From: a bacterium
Lineage (GTDB): Bacteria > SM23-31
Direction of reading: 5' to 3'
Assembly: GCA_965249485.1 (NCBI GenBank)
Contig: OZ252239.1
Coordinates: 3,552,001 to 3,616,000 of the forward strand
Length of the DNA: 64,000 nt
The position numbers and the translations under genes were made by a program. Shown one piece after another: positions 19,796-30,252 of the stretch (its first letter is position 1; the number at the start of each line of letters is the position of its first letter). The notes below the pieces were generated by a model. The model was given only the letters and a program-made list of their open reading frames with translations, did no database searches and had not been told where the DNA came from.

Positions 19796-20396
19796 GTGAG
19801 TCAAAATAAAAATCCTATACATATCACAGCTATTTTGGGAAGTGTCCGTCCAGATAATTTAACAGAAAAAGCCCTGAGTATCGTCATTAATGAGTTGGAA
19901 TCATATGACGGTATATCAACAACTCTCGTTAATCCCGGTACCATGAATCTTCCACTGCCAGGATTACCCGAAAACGATGATGCCCGTAAACTTAAGGAAT
20001 CAGTAGTCAACACAACAGGGATCATCTTAGCTACACCTGAATATCACGGTGGTTTCAGCAGTGTCATAAAAGTTGGTTATTGAAAATCTTGGATTTCCGT
20101 CACTGTTGGCTGGCAAACCGGTTGCACTTCTGGGTATTGCGGCAGGACAGATTGGGGCGATTAAATCTCTTGAACAACTCCGGAGTGTATGCTCTCATGT
20201 CGGAGCGATTGTGCTTCCAGGACCTGTTTCCATAGCAAACATCAACGAAGTTTTTGATAACAGCGGAAACATTATTGATGAAACGATCGACAGGCGGATC
20301 CGCGGTCTCGCAAAGAGCCTTGTCGACTATATTCATGACAATATCTGCCCGAGACATGCTCTTGAAGATATGGTCAGAAACAAGTCGGAAGTATAG
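19796..20396 (+). CDS. NADPH-dependent FMN reductase, frameshifted near 20070 (extra A in an A-run)
   Basis: ILGSVRP, ATPEYHGGFSSVIK in one frame; (L)VIENLG.PS.LAGKPVALLG..AG..G...SLEQLR in the next. GTG start at 19796. Confidence 0.85.
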
Positions 20397-20487
20397 GTGA
20401 CATCTTTAAGCTTTCATCGCATCCTCTCTTTTCCAAACAGATTTTCATGACCACTTGAAAAATAGATTTATATCCAATATCACTATC

Positions 20488-20570
20488 AAAATGAAAAGGT
20501 CAATCCAGCTCCGGAAGCGGGAGTGGATTGACCATAATGTTAGGAGGGATGTTTTTTTTGAAAATTGCTT
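20488..20570 (-). ncRNA. Candidate ~80-nt small RNA with C-rich anti-SD-like seed
   Basis: TTGCAT-N17-TATCTT promoter (20605-20577), then CAUCCCUCCUAAC, then hairpin GGUCAAUCCA...UGGAUUGACC (20533-20498) with UUUUCAUUUU tail. Confidence 0.5.
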
Positions 20571-20641
20571 GTGAATAAGATAACGTAAATCGATCTTAAA
20601 TGCAATAAGAAATATATATTATTTTTTGTTCTTTAACTGCT

Positions 20642-21355
20642 TTAAGGATTGGTGATTCGCAACTCTATTTCGTGAACAGATGCCCGTTGCGGCAAGGTCA
20701 ATGCATGGAGCACTGTCCGGGCACAGTCTTCGGGTGAAAGAATTGAATCTTTGTCTTTGAGATTATCACCACGTGTGTGGAACTTTGTTGCTACTGAACC
20801 CGGACAAATCGAAACTACTCTGATATTGTATTTCCTGACATCGAACATGAGAGACCGGGCAAAACCATTCATGGCAAATTTACTTGCACAATACGCAGCT
20901 CCCCCCTCAAATGCCTGTTTTCCGGCAATTGACGAAATATTAACTATTGTTCCTGAATTCTTTTCAATCATGTGTGGTAATGCATACTTCGTAGCGAGAA
21001 ATGTCCCCCGAAGATTCGTGTTGATAACACTGTCCCATTCATCAACCGTAAATTCATGGACCGGTTTAAAAATACCGATCCCTGCATTGTTAATTAAATA
21101 ATCGATCCCGCCAAATGCTGATACTGTTTTTTCGATGCAGACTTTTACTATTTCTTCATCCGCAACATTTCCGGGGTATGCCAAAAAACTACCGGAAAGC
21201 TCCTCTGCTTCGCTGGTAAGGTTTTCAAGGTCTGATTCAGTCCGGGAAAGACCGGTAACATTGACTCCTTCACGCAGCAGCATAATCGTTACCGCACGGC
21301 CAATCCCCTTACCCGCTCCGGTGACAATAGCAATTTTGTCCGTTATGGAAGCCAT
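20642..21355 (-). CDS. SDR family oxidoreductase
   Basis: TGAGKGIG, NNAG, YCASK catalytic motif. Confidence 0.95.
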   Translation of the reverse strand: MASITDKIAIVTGAGKGIGRAVTIMLLREGVNVTGLSRTESDLENLTSEAEELSGSFLAYPGNVADEEIVKVCIEKTVSAFGGIDYLINNAGIGIFKPVHEFTVDEWDSVINTNLRGTFLATKYALPHMIEKNSGTIVNISSIAGKQAFEGGAAYCASKFAMNGFARSLMFDVRKYNIRVVSICPGSVATKFHTRGDNLKDKDSILSPEDCARTVLHALTLPQRASVHEIELRITNP

Positions 21356-21411
21356 ATTTATTAAACGGTTTAGTTCAATTAATTGAGGATGAAAAAAGAA
21401 TATTGAGGTTG

Positions 21412-22254
21412 TTATTGTTCCATTGCTTTTAAACGCCCAACGACGTCATCGATAATCCAGTCGGGTGTGCTCGCGCCTGCCGTAACACCGATCGACTCGG
21501 CATTTTCGAACCACCCTTCCTGCAACTCACCACCGCTTTCAACCTGGTAGGATCTCGGATTTATAGATTTCGAAATTTCCGCCAGCCGTTTTGTGTTTGC
21601 ACTTGTGAACGATCCAACAATGATCATCACATCGTTTTCTTTCGGCATAGTGCGTATTTCTGCTTGATACAATTTAGTGGGTTTACAAATCGTATCATAG
21701 TATCTCATTTCCCGGCCGAGTGTCATGAGCTTTTGCACGATTTTCTGAGCATTTTCAATATTCTGTGTCGACTGGACAACAACACCGATTTTTTTGACAC
21801 GGCTCGGGATTTTTTCTTCCACTTCTTCGGGACTTGAAATGATTATCGGATTCTTGACTTGTCCGGCGATTCCTATCACTTCATCATGCGGATGATCTCC
21901 GATAATGACCACTTTATAGCCGTCCTTTTCGAGATTGCGGGCATGTTCATGAATCTCGAGAACAAGCGGACAGGTGGCATCAACAATAGTATACCCTTTC
22001 TTTTTTGCCTCGTCATACACTTCCGGAACAGTTCCATGCGCACGGAGAAGCAAGGTGCCGGGGTTTTTTTCGGAAAGCGTTTCAGCCACCTTTACACCAG
22101 CTTTATCTATCCTTTTCACAACATGCTCATTGTGAACGATGTCGCCAAGCATGAGGACATTATCACTTTTTTCGGATTCTTCCAGCGCTTTGTCAACCGC
22201 CATTCTGACACCAAAACAAAAACCCGAATTTTTTGCAACATTTATTTTTTTCAT
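21412..22254 (-). CDS. ispH: 4-hydroxy-3-methylbut-2-enyl diphosphate reductase
   Basis: GFCFGV, IVHNEHVV, RAHG, DATCPLV, DTIC, SANT, GVTAGASTPDW. Confidence 0.97.
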   Translation of the reverse strand: MKKINVAKNSGFCFGVRMAVDKALEESEKSDNVLMLGDIVHNEHVVKRIDKAGVKVAETLSEKNPGTLLLRAHGTVPEVYDEAKKKGYTIVDATCPLVLEIHEHARNLEKDGYKVVIIGDHPHDEVIGIAGQVKNPIIISSPEEVEEKIPSRVKKIGVVVQSTQNIENAQKIVQKLMTLGREMRYYDTICKPTKLYQAEIRTMPKENDVMIIVGSFTSANTKRLAEISKSINPRSYQVESGGELQEGWFENAESIGVTAGASTPDWIIDDVVGRLKAMEQ

Positions 22255-22446
22255 GATATATTTTTTTTAAAGGACCAAAATATAATTTTGAGAATTTGAG
22301 AGTAGATATAATCCGGCTTAAAAGCAAGCCAAATCTGTGAATTCGCTTGTTTCGCATCATTTTTTTTCTAAATTAAACACAGAACTACTCCGCACACTAT
22401 CCCGGATGAAATCGGTGACGACTGCCGTTATAGAAACAATTTGCTT

Positions 22447-23661
22447 ATGAGAGTTCTTTGTTATATAATCCGAAATATCAGCCTGGTTGCTGGTGGTATT
22501 GCGATTGGTCTGGGGATAGTTTTCTTCACCGAATATCCAGCAAATGCTCAGCCCCAATTAAACGGTTATTTCGAAAACAGACTCTTTATCACCATTGCAG
22601 AAAATGATGTTGCATTTTCTCATCTGAAAAACTCTCTGAATTTTGGCGATTACAACAGAGCACGGATAATTATGCGGCACGATGTGTCGGCAAACAGTTC
22701 TTTGACTGTCGCTGTAGACTATTTCACCTATCACGGTTTTTTACAACAGCAGGTACGCCAGCCCGGTACAGGAACAGACTTTACCTCGACATCGGATGAT
22801 CAGCAGTTTGTTGTAGACAGAGCATATCTCAGGCTCTATTTTCGTAAAGCTGACGTAACCATTGGAAAGCAGCGCATATCGTGGGGGCGGTCGTTCCTCT
22901 GGAGTCCTTTTGATGTATTCAACAGAGTCAATTTTTTTGAGCCGCAGGAAGAAAAATTCGGTGTTAATGCATTCCGGATTTCTATTCCCTTCGGCCAAAC
23001 AAGCAGCCTCGAAGGGGTGTTTGTACCGGAAAATCAATTTGACACTTCATCCGGTGGAACGCGGTTACTGTGGAATTGGCACGGAATGGAAATGGCAGCA
23101 TCAGCAATACATTTTGCAACACCTCAACTTCGCCAGAACATATACGGCGTCGAATGGAGAGGCGACGCTGGGGTAGGTTATTGGTTTGAAGGGGCACTCT
23201 ATAATGAAAATCCGGCTCTGTCAATTCTGGTAGTGCCGGACAATTATTACCGATGGGTTATTGGAACAGATTACTCTTTCAACATAAAAAACGGACTTTT
23301 ATTAAGCGCCGAATATAGCCATGACGAGAGCGGTGAATCGGAACAAAATCGTTACAACTATAATCGTCTCTTTACCGGGATCCGGCCGCTTCTCGCACGT
23401 GACTATCTGTATGGTTCTGCCAACTTGAATTTCAGCGATCTGTTATCGGTGTCAGCGGCAGTACTGGCCAATTTAAATGATTCCGGATATTATTTTATGC
23501 CGTCACTTCAGTATCAACTTTTTTCTGATACGGATTTGAGAGTCGGCGCTTTTATTCCTGTTGCCGATACTGGCTCCGAGTTCAATCCATCTGATGCGAT
23601 TGACCAGTTTGGAGCATTCGGAAATTCTATGGTGTATGCATGGTTCAGAGTTTATTATTAA
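22447..23661 (+). CDS. Putative outer-membrane beta-barrel protein
   Basis: Signal peptide, DRAYL...TIGKQRISWG...PFD.FN, aromatic C-terminus (WFRVYY). Confidence 0.7.
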   Translation: MRVLCYIIRNISLVAGGIAIGLGIVFFTEYPANAQPQLNGYFENRLFITIAENDVAFSHLKNSLNFGDYNRARIIMRHDVSANSSLTVAVDYFTYHGFLQQQVRQPGTGTDFTSTSDDQQFVVDRAYLRLYFRKADVTIGKQRISWGRSFLWSPFDVFNRVNFFEPQEEKFGVNAFRISIPFGQTSSLEGVFVPENQFDTSSGGTRLLWNWHGMEMAASAIHFATPQLRQNIYGVEWRGDAGVGYWFEGALYNENPALSILVVPDNYYRWVIGTDYSFNIKNGLLLSAEYSHDESGESEQNRYNYNRLFTGIRPLLARDYLYGSANLNFSDLLSVSAAVLANLNDSGYYFMPSLQYQLFSDTDLRVGAFIPVADTGSEFNPSDAIDQFGAFGNSMVYAWFRVYY

Positions 23662-23852
23662 ATATAACAATAGCGAGACTTCTCCACTGCGCTTCGTACA
23701 ATTCGGAGATTCGATCGAAATGACATAAATAGTACAATCAATATGAATTTAAATTGAATAGTAAAAAATATTGTAGAAACATTTTAAGAGTATTAATTTG
23801 TATCTAAAGTAACCCATTCAGGTTGCAAAAGTAAAATAGCTCAGGACTCACT

Positions 23853-24551
23853 ATGGATATTGTACGACTTGAAAATGTCGATAAGATTTACCGAACCGGA
23901 AAAACAGAACACAAAGCGCTGCATAATGTCAACGTAAGCATTTCAGCCAGAGAGTTAGTCTCAATAGCAGGACCATCCGGTTCAGGAAAAACTACACTGT
24001 TGAACTTGATCGGTTGTCTCGATCAACCGACATCCGGTGAGGTGTTGCTTGATGGCGTTCCGGTAAAGGATCTTGCTCATAATCAGCGTGCCGATTTGCG
24101 GAATGCAAAAATCGGTTTTATTTTTCAGACATTTAACCTCATTCCGGTTTTGACTGCATACGAAAACGTTGAGTTTCCGCTTTTGATCGGGCGCAAAATA
24201 AGCATTCAGAAGCGGCAACAGATGATTACTGATATGCTGACAGATGTTGGACTGTACGACTTAATGCATCGAAGACCAGCTGATATGAGTGGCGGACAGC
24301 AGCAGCGTGTTGCGGTCGCGCGGGCACTTATAAAAAAACCGAAGCTCATTCTTGCCGATGAACCGACTGCGAATCTTGATTCACAAACGGGAAAAGCAAT
24401 TCTCGAGATGATGCTTGAACTCAATAAAAAACATAATATCAGTATTATATTTTCCACACACGACAGGATGGTTATGGATTTTGCTTCCCGGCTCATTGTG
24501 TTACGAGATGGCAGAATCAATGAAGATAAAAATAATAACAGAATATTATGA
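23853..24551 (+). CDS. ABC transporter ATP-binding protein (LolD/MacB-like)
   Basis: GPSGSGKTT, IGFIFQTFNL, MSGGQQQRVAVARAL, ADEPTANLD. Confidence 0.95.
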   Translation: MDIVRLENVDKIYRTGKTEHKALHNVNVSISARELVSIAGPSGSGKTTLLNLIGCLDQPTSGEVLLDGVPVKDLAHNQRADLRNAKIGFIFQTFNLIPVLTAYENVEFPLLIGRKISIQKRQQMITDMLTDVGLYDLMHRRPADMSGGQQQRVAVARALIKKPKLILADEPTANLDSQTGKAILEMMLELNKKHNISIIFSTHDRMVMDFASRLIVLRDGRINEDKNNNRIL

Positions 24552-25777
24552 TTATTAAACTCGCATTCAGGAATATTTTCCGAAATTTCAGGCGGTCGCT
24601 GCTCTCGTTTTTGACTATCTCGATCGGAATCGGCCTCTCCATACTACTCGTTGGATTTTCAATCGGAATGGAGCAGCAGTCTATCCGTCTTTCGATCGAT
24701 ACACGGACAAGCCATGTTAAAATTTACGGGAAGGGATACATCGAAGATGATATGACCCTCCCGCTTGACTACACAATTTCCGATTATAATGTTGTTCTCA
24801 ATGAAATTGAGAATATTCCTGAAGTTGTCAGCGCTTCGGAGCGGATACTATTTTCGGCAACTCTGACTGATGGAATTGATGAGCTCAGAATAATCGGCGC
24901 CGGTGTCGATCCCGGCCGGGAAGATAATGCATTCAGATTATCAGATTATATCACAGACGGAACATATCTCTGGAACAGTGAAGAACACATCGTCCTTAGT
25001 AATATAATTGCCAATCTTTTCAATGTCACAACGGGCGATTATCTTACCCTCATAGCGCGCACACAATACGGTGCGATAACCGCTTTAGATATGGAAATTA
25101 CCGGAATATATCACAGTGCAAATCCCGAAGTTGATAACAATTATATTTTTATTCCTTTGGAAACAACACAAATGCTTCTGGAAATGGATAACAAGGTGAC
25201 AGAAATCGCTTTGTTCGGAAATTCGATGAATGAATCACTCATCCTGCCCGAAATTATCAGCAGTCACATTGAAGCTGATTTATACGATGTTGTTACCTGG
25301 GAATATATGGCACGTGATCTGCTCCGGTTCTATGCCATGCGGGCAAACTCACGCATTATCATATACTGTATACTCTTTACTGTGGCATTTGCCAGTATTA
25401 TGAATACTATGCTCATGTCGGTATATGAACGGTTTCGTGAAATTGGCACCCTAATGGCACTCGGATTCCGCCGAAGTAAAATAACAGCATTGTTTGCATG
25501 TGAAGGGCTGTTTCTCGGTGTGTTCGGTAGCACAGTTGGCTGCCTTCTGGGTGGCGGATATACCTATTATCTCAAAATACATGGGATCGATTTCAGTAAA
25601 TTCGGAGAGAATGGTTTCGGTGATATTCCAATCGGTTCTGTTATCTATGCGGACATAACGATGAATGTTCTGATTTTCTTTTTTATTACTGGAATATGTG
25701 TAGCACTCTTTTCCGCTCTGTATCCGTCCATCAAGGGAGCACGAATGGAACCATCTCATGCATTACGTTCAGTGTGA
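24548..25777 (+). CDS. ABC transporter permease (FtsX/LolC-E family)
   Basis: AFRNIFRN.RRS, NTMLMSVYERFREIGTLMALG; four TM segments. Confidence 0.93.
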   Translation: MIIKLAFRNIFRNFRRSLLSFLTISIGIGLSILLVGFSIGMEQQSIRLSIDTRTSHVKIYGKGYIEDDMTLPLDYTISDYNVVLNEIENIPEVVSASERILFSATLTDGIDELRIIGAGVDPGREDNAFRLSDYITDGTYLWNSEEHIVLSNIIANLFNVTTGDYLTLIARTQYGAITALDMEITGIYHSANPEVDNNYIFIPLETTQMLLEMDNKVTEIALFGNSMNESLILPEIISSHIEADLYDVVTWEYMARDLLRFYAMRANSRIIIYCILFTVAFASIMNTMLMSVYERFREIGTLMALGFRRSKITALFACEGLFLGVFGSTVGCLLGGGYTYYLKIHGIDFSKFGENGFGDIPIGSVIYADITMNVLIFFFITGICVALFSALYPSIKGARMEPSHALRSV

Positions 25778-25828
25778 GATTGCATACGGATACACAGACA
25801 ATTGATTGTTGGTTAATTTAATTAAACT

Positions 25829-27064
25829 ATGTCGAAGTACTTGTTAAAAATTGCGTTACGAAATGTTTTCCGCAATAAACGGAGAACCGTTCTGACTGCC
25901 GTTGTTATCATGATATCGGTAGGTGCTTTTCTCTTTATGTTCAGCTATATCAAAGGTGTCAGGGACAGCATCGTCGAGGATTCCATAATGCTTACCGGGC
26001 ACATTTCTGTCCAACATCCGGAATACAGTATGAAAGAGAGGATGCTTTCACTGTCTGTTCCGGTGCGCAATTACGCCGCGATCCGGGATACATTGCAAGC
26101 AATGAAATCAGTGCGTGCTGCGGCAGGCAGGATCAAATTTGGCGGTCTTATTGACTTTCGTGAAAAGAATGAACCGGGTGCCGGATATGCATTCGATCCT
26201 TCCAATGAAGAAGGTATAATTGACATTTCGGAATCTCTGGTAAGCGGAGTCGGATTTTCCGAAGGAGATGATGGAAAAAATGAATTGCTGATCGGTTCTG
26301 AGCTTGCAATGTCACTCGACATACTGCCGGGTGATACGGTAACGGTCATTTCAAGCACTGCATACAAATCTCTTACGGCAGTCAACCTTGTCGTTACAGG
26401 AATAGTAGACATGTTAAGCGGTGCAATGAACAAACTCTTTTATATGCATCTCGAAACCGCTCAATATTTCCTCGACATGGACGACAGCGTCTCTGAGATA
26501 GCCGTATTTCTCGAAGAAAACAGTGATGAAGATCTGGTGAAAAACTCAATTGAAGCCATTGAAGGTGTTTCGGCAACGTACCGGGTTATGACCTGGCTCG
26601 ATAAAGGTATATTGCGAGATTATCTGCCCATGCTCGACTCGGCAAATGCATTTATTATAGTAATTTTCGGTTTGATTGCAGCATTGGGGATCATCAACAC
26701 CATGCTTATAGCGGTATTTGAACGCACACGTGAAATCGGCGTGTTTTCAGCATTCGGCATGAAACGGCGGGAAATTCTGGCTGTATTTTTATTCGAAGCA
26801 CTGTTTATCGGCTGTTTCGGGGGAATCGCCGGTGTTTTATTAGGAGGATACTGGGCTATATATCTTGAAATAAACGGATTATCACTTGGAAATGTTGCCG
26901 ATGGTTTTTCAATACCAGTCCGTTCAATAATCTACAGTGATTTTCGTATCATTCATGGAGTGAGTGCATTTGTACTCGGTATAACAATGTCTGTATTAGC
27001 AGCATTCTTGCCTGCTGTCAAGGCCGCACGTATGGAGCCGACAGATGCGCTCAGAACACATTAA
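25829..27064 (+). CDS. ABC transporter permease (FtsX/LolC-E family)
   Basis: ALRNVFRNKRRT, INTMLIAVFERTREIG, PAVKAARMEPTDALR. Confidence 0.93.
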   Translation: MSKYLLKIALRNVFRNKRRTVLTAVVIMISVGAFLFMFSYIKGVRDSIVEDSIMLTGHISVQHPEYSMKERMLSLSVPVRNYAAIRDTLQAMKSVRAAAGRIKFGGLIDFREKNEPGAGYAFDPSNEEGIIDISESLVSGVGFSEGDDGKNELLIGSELAMSLDILPGDTVTVISSTAYKSLTAVNLVVTGIVDMLSGAMNKLFYMHLETAQYFLDMDDSVSEIAVFLEENSDEDLVKNSIEAIEGVSATYRVMTWLDKGILRDYLPMLDSANAFIIVIFGLIAALGIINTMLIAVFERTREIGVFSAFGMKRREILAVFLFEALFIGCFGGIAGVLLGGYWAIYLEINGLSLGNVADGFSIPVRSIIYSDFRIIHGVSAFVLGITMSVLAAFLPAVKAARMEPTDALRTH

Positions 27065-27079
27065 ATATCATCAAAACTT

Positions 27080-27859
27080 ATGACCTATACAATTCGATTT
27101 AGGTTTCATCGCATGTTTTTGATGTTTTTCATTGGTCTTATTACACTTGCACCGTTAACTGCGACAGCGCAGAATACGTTTACAGCCGATGAAATTCTTG
27201 AAAAAATTGACAAGAACTTAATATCATCAACTGTCATCTATTCTGCCAAGATGATTATCCATCAACGGGACAGAATCGATACCAAAGAGATGCGTGTCTG
27301 GGGTGAGGGTAAAAAAAACACGTTTGTCGAGTATCTTTCACCGGCCCGGGACAAGGGAACAAAATACCTTCGTCTCGATGAGAGCTTGTGGATGTTTTTA
27401 CCCAGTATTGAAAAGACCATCAAAATTTCGGGACATTTACTCAGACAAAGCATGATGGGGAGCGATTTTTCGTATGAGGATTCACTCGACAGAAATAAAC
27501 TGCAGGAAGATTATACTGCTACTATTTCTGGGGAAGAAATCCTGAATGAGCGACTCTGTTATGTGCTTGATCTCATCGCTGCCCATAAAGATGTGACCTA
27601 TCACCGGAGAAAAATGTGGATTGATAAAGAGCAATTTGTCGGCCTAAAAACAGAACTGTACGCTCACACCGGGAAACTGCTGAAAGTGATGACTGCAAAT
27701 ACCATTGAACGTGTTCAAGACCGGTATTATCCTGTCCATGTTGAAATGAGAGATCAACTCCGGAAAAATTCTTATACAGAATTTGTTATCACGAAAATCG
27801 AGTTTGATACCGATATTCCTGAATCCATATTTTCTCTTCGGAATCTTGAACGCAGGTAA
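27080..27859 (+). CDS. Outer-membrane lipoprotein-sorting protein (LolA-like fold)
   Basis: SPARDKGTKYL, LWMFLPS, SMMGSDFSYED, FSLRNL. Confidence 0.9.
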   Translation: MTYTIRFRFHRMFLMFFIGLITLAPLTATAQNTFTADEILEKIDKNLISSTVIYSAKMIIHQRDRIDTKEMRVWGEGKKNTFVEYLSPARDKGTKYLRLDESLWMFLPSIEKTIKISGHLLRQSMMGSDFSYEDSLDRNKLQEDYTATISGEEILNERLCYVLDLIAAHKDVTYHRRKMWIDKEQFVGLKTELYAHTGKLLKVMTANTIERVQDRYYPVHVEMRDQLRKNSYTEFVITKIEFDTDIPESIFSLRNLERR

Positions 27860-27893
27860 GGATAAATAGTTACACGGTTATAGCAGATTAGTT

Positions 27894-29027
27894 CTATTCC
27901 TGATCACCGGGGAGGCTGTCGAGGACAGGCTGAAGTAGAATTTCAGGAACATATCCCATAACAATAAAATTCGTGCCGTTATCCCGTTTAACCAGCACAG
28001 TACCTTCGAGGACAAACATTTGCTGTTGTGGTCTCGGTCTTCGGGAGGCTCTACTAACAAATTCCTGCAGCTGGCGCGGCAGCTCACCGCTTACTTGAAA
28101 CAGTGAAAACATAATGAGCCCATCGGTATAAACCTGATGATACATATTGGCGCGGGCCGGGCCGATGAGCCTGATTTTATCAAGTACGAATCCCGGAGGC
28201 AGTGTTTCAGGTATGATAATTTTTTCCCGGTGATTTTCCGGCAGCTGTTCAAGAGTAATAAATTCTCTTGAGACTGGCCGCGCTGCTCTTTGCACTATTC
28301 TATTTTGTTGACGAACTTCTCTTTGTTCGACTTCCTCGTCAGATAGCAGACCTATCTCTTCGTCTGATTCGACAATCCTAATTTCGGTAAATAACTCTCT
28401 ATACACCGGTTCGTCCGGTATCCCGGGATGGTAAATTTCCCGTTTCAAGATAATGCCGGTCTCTTTGTCTACCCAAATTCTGTTTCTAGGCCGGAACTCA
28501 TAATCAGGATCGATAAAAATGATGTCTGCAACTCTGCCTGCTATTGAGTCTTCCGATTCTCTAACAATTGTGTAATTATTACGGAGAACTTCAAAATGAA
28601 TAGGATTGTTGAGAAGGTTACCCGCTGCGGGCATTCTCCGCTGCATCCCCCGGTCGTAATTCTGAAGCATTCTTCTCTGCCTGATAGACATTTTGTGCTG
28701 CATATCCTTCTGAAATCGTTCTCGAATTTTCCCAACCTGTTCTTCAAGATCATGTTCCAGCAGAATCCGCTCCTCAACACGGTTATGAACAGGATCGAAA
28801 TAGATCTCTTTTTCAAACTTGCGGTGTATATTATTTATCCTCCGCTCGATATCCATTCTACCCAAGTAGCTGATCGTACTGTGTGCTTTAGTCATTCTTT
28901 CAAACAGCTCAACAATTGTTTCCTCATCCGGACTGTGCTCCTGAGCTGTGACCGGTGAAGAAGATACGATACAAACAAGTATACCGTATAGAAATGCGCC
29001 TATTATTTTATTACGATTCATATTCAT
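27894..29027 (-). CDS. MucB/RseB-like periplasmic sigma-E regulator
   Basis: Signal peptide; NYTI...DSIAGRVA, WVDKETGIILK, LPPGF, YTDGLIMFSLF. Start tentatively ATG 29027. Confidence 0.8.
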   Translation of the reverse strand: MNMNRNKIIGAFLYGILVCIVSSSPVTAQEHSPDEETIVELFERMTKAHSTISYLGRMDIERRINNIHRKFEKEIYFDPVHNRVEERILLEHDLEEQVGKIRERFQKDMQHKMSIRQRRMLQNYDRGMQRRMPAAGNLLNNPIHFEVLRNNYTIVRESEDSIAGRVADIIFIDPDYEFRPRNRIWVDKETGIILKREIYHPGIPDEPVYRELFTEIRIVESDEEIGLLSDEEVEQREVRQQNRIVQRAARPVSREFITLEQLPENHREKIIIPETLPPGFVLDKIRLIGPARANMYHQVYTDGLIMFSLFQVSGELPRQLQEFVSRASRRPRPQQQMFVLEGTVLVKRDNGTNFIVMGYVPEILLQPVLDSLPGDQE

Positions 29028-29077
29028 TTTTGTAGCAATACGTATAAATATATTTTCATATTCAAACATCAATTCTG

Positions 29078-29593
29078 TTATTGATCTTGTTCCTGTGGCG
29101 AATCTTCTTCCCAGTTTTCCGGAATATAAACTTCTACTGCATACAACGGTGTCGGATCAAAAATATGACCGGCCATAACTATGTCATGTTCTTCCCAAAT
29201 CATATCAAGTGTTGCCTCATATGCCTCTTCAGTAAGCACTCCATTGTCAAATTCTGACAGATAGTTACTTGTCAACAGAATGCCAACATACACGATTGCT
29301 GCAGCTGCTGGGACCAGGGCCACTTGAAGCCAGCGGCGGGGCAATCCAATTCTTCTTCTGTTGCCCTGAGCATCTGCATTGTTTATAACAGTTTCCAAAT
29401 AATCATCCCAGAACGATTCATCATGTCCGGATGTCCGAATAGAATCGAGCAGTGCATGATAACCTGTCTCTACTTTGAATGAACGAGCACAGTTCCGGCA
29501 ATCTCCAGCGTGCAATTTTACTTCATTCGGGATACCGTTCCTCTCATCCGGCTTACTACCGGAGAGCCATGTTTGAAATTGGTTACAGTCCAT
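29078..29593 (-). CDS. Zinc-binding anti-sigma factor (zf-HC2-like) with TM helix
   Basis: MDC...HAGDCRNC (HxxxCxxC), one TM; directly after the ECF sigma. Confidence 0.8.
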   Translation of the reverse strand: MDCNQFQTWLSGSKPDERNGIPNEVKLHAGDCRNCARSFKVETGYHALLDSIRTSGHDESFWDDYLETVINNADAQGNRRRIGLPRRWLQVALVPAAAAIVYVGILLTSNYLSEFDNGVLTEEAYEATLDMIWEEHDIVMAGHIFDPTPLYAVEVYIPENWEEDSPQEQDQ

Positions 29594-29595
29594 AG

Positions 29596-30195
29596 TTATA
29601 TCTCATTTATAAATTGTTGTAACTGCTCTTTTAATTCTTTACGCGCATAGTGGAGCCTGGACCTGACCGTTCCGACTGCAACTCCTATAATTTCCGCTGC
29701 TTCTCTGACCACACTCTGTCTGTCGGACACTTCATCGAAACTCTCCTGTTCATTTGGGAACTCCTCATTGGAATTTTCTGCTCCGGAAAAATAGGAGGAA
29801 AAAGGTATAAACGAGAGCGCTTTTTTTCTTCGTGTAAAGTTTATGCTATGGTTCAGTATAATACGGTAAAACCATGGGGAAAATTTACTTCCTTCTTTGA
29901 ACTTGCCGATCGAGGTGTAAATCTTCAAAAATGCATCTTGTGAAAGATCACGAGCAACATCAATGTCTCCGACAACCTGATAAGCGATCGAATAGCTTGC
30001 CCGCATATACCGTTTAACAAGCTCAGCGTATGCTGCCTCAGAACCTTTTTTGACCAACGCCACAAGAGATTCATCAGAGTTATCCGTTAAACGGGCAGAG
30101 ACTGCTTTTGATTCAATTTTAAGGTTACGTTCTTGTTCCAAATGTCTGCCAGAACTTTTGAGTTTTACCGCTTGCTGACCGATTGAGCCTTCCAT
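29596..30195 (-). CDS. ECF RNA polymerase sigma factor (RpoE-like), apparently missing part of region 4.1
   Basis: DESLV, LVKRY, ARDLSQDAFLK, FSPWFYRI, AEIIGVAVGTVRSRLHYAR. Confidence 0.9.
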   Translation of the reverse strand: MEGSIGQQAVKLKSSGRHLEQERNLKIESKAVSARLTDNSDESLVALVKKGSEAAYAELVKRYMRASYSIAYQVVGDIDVARDLSQDAFLKIYTSIGKFKEGSKFSPWFYRIILNHSINFTRRKKALSFIPFSSYFSGAENSNEEFPNEQESFDEVSDRQSVVREAAEIIGVAVGTVRSRLHYARKELKEQLQQFINEI

Positions 30196-30252
30196 ATCGT
30201 TGAAGATATTACGAAATTTAGATTAAATACAATAAATAATTTTTTTATGCAA

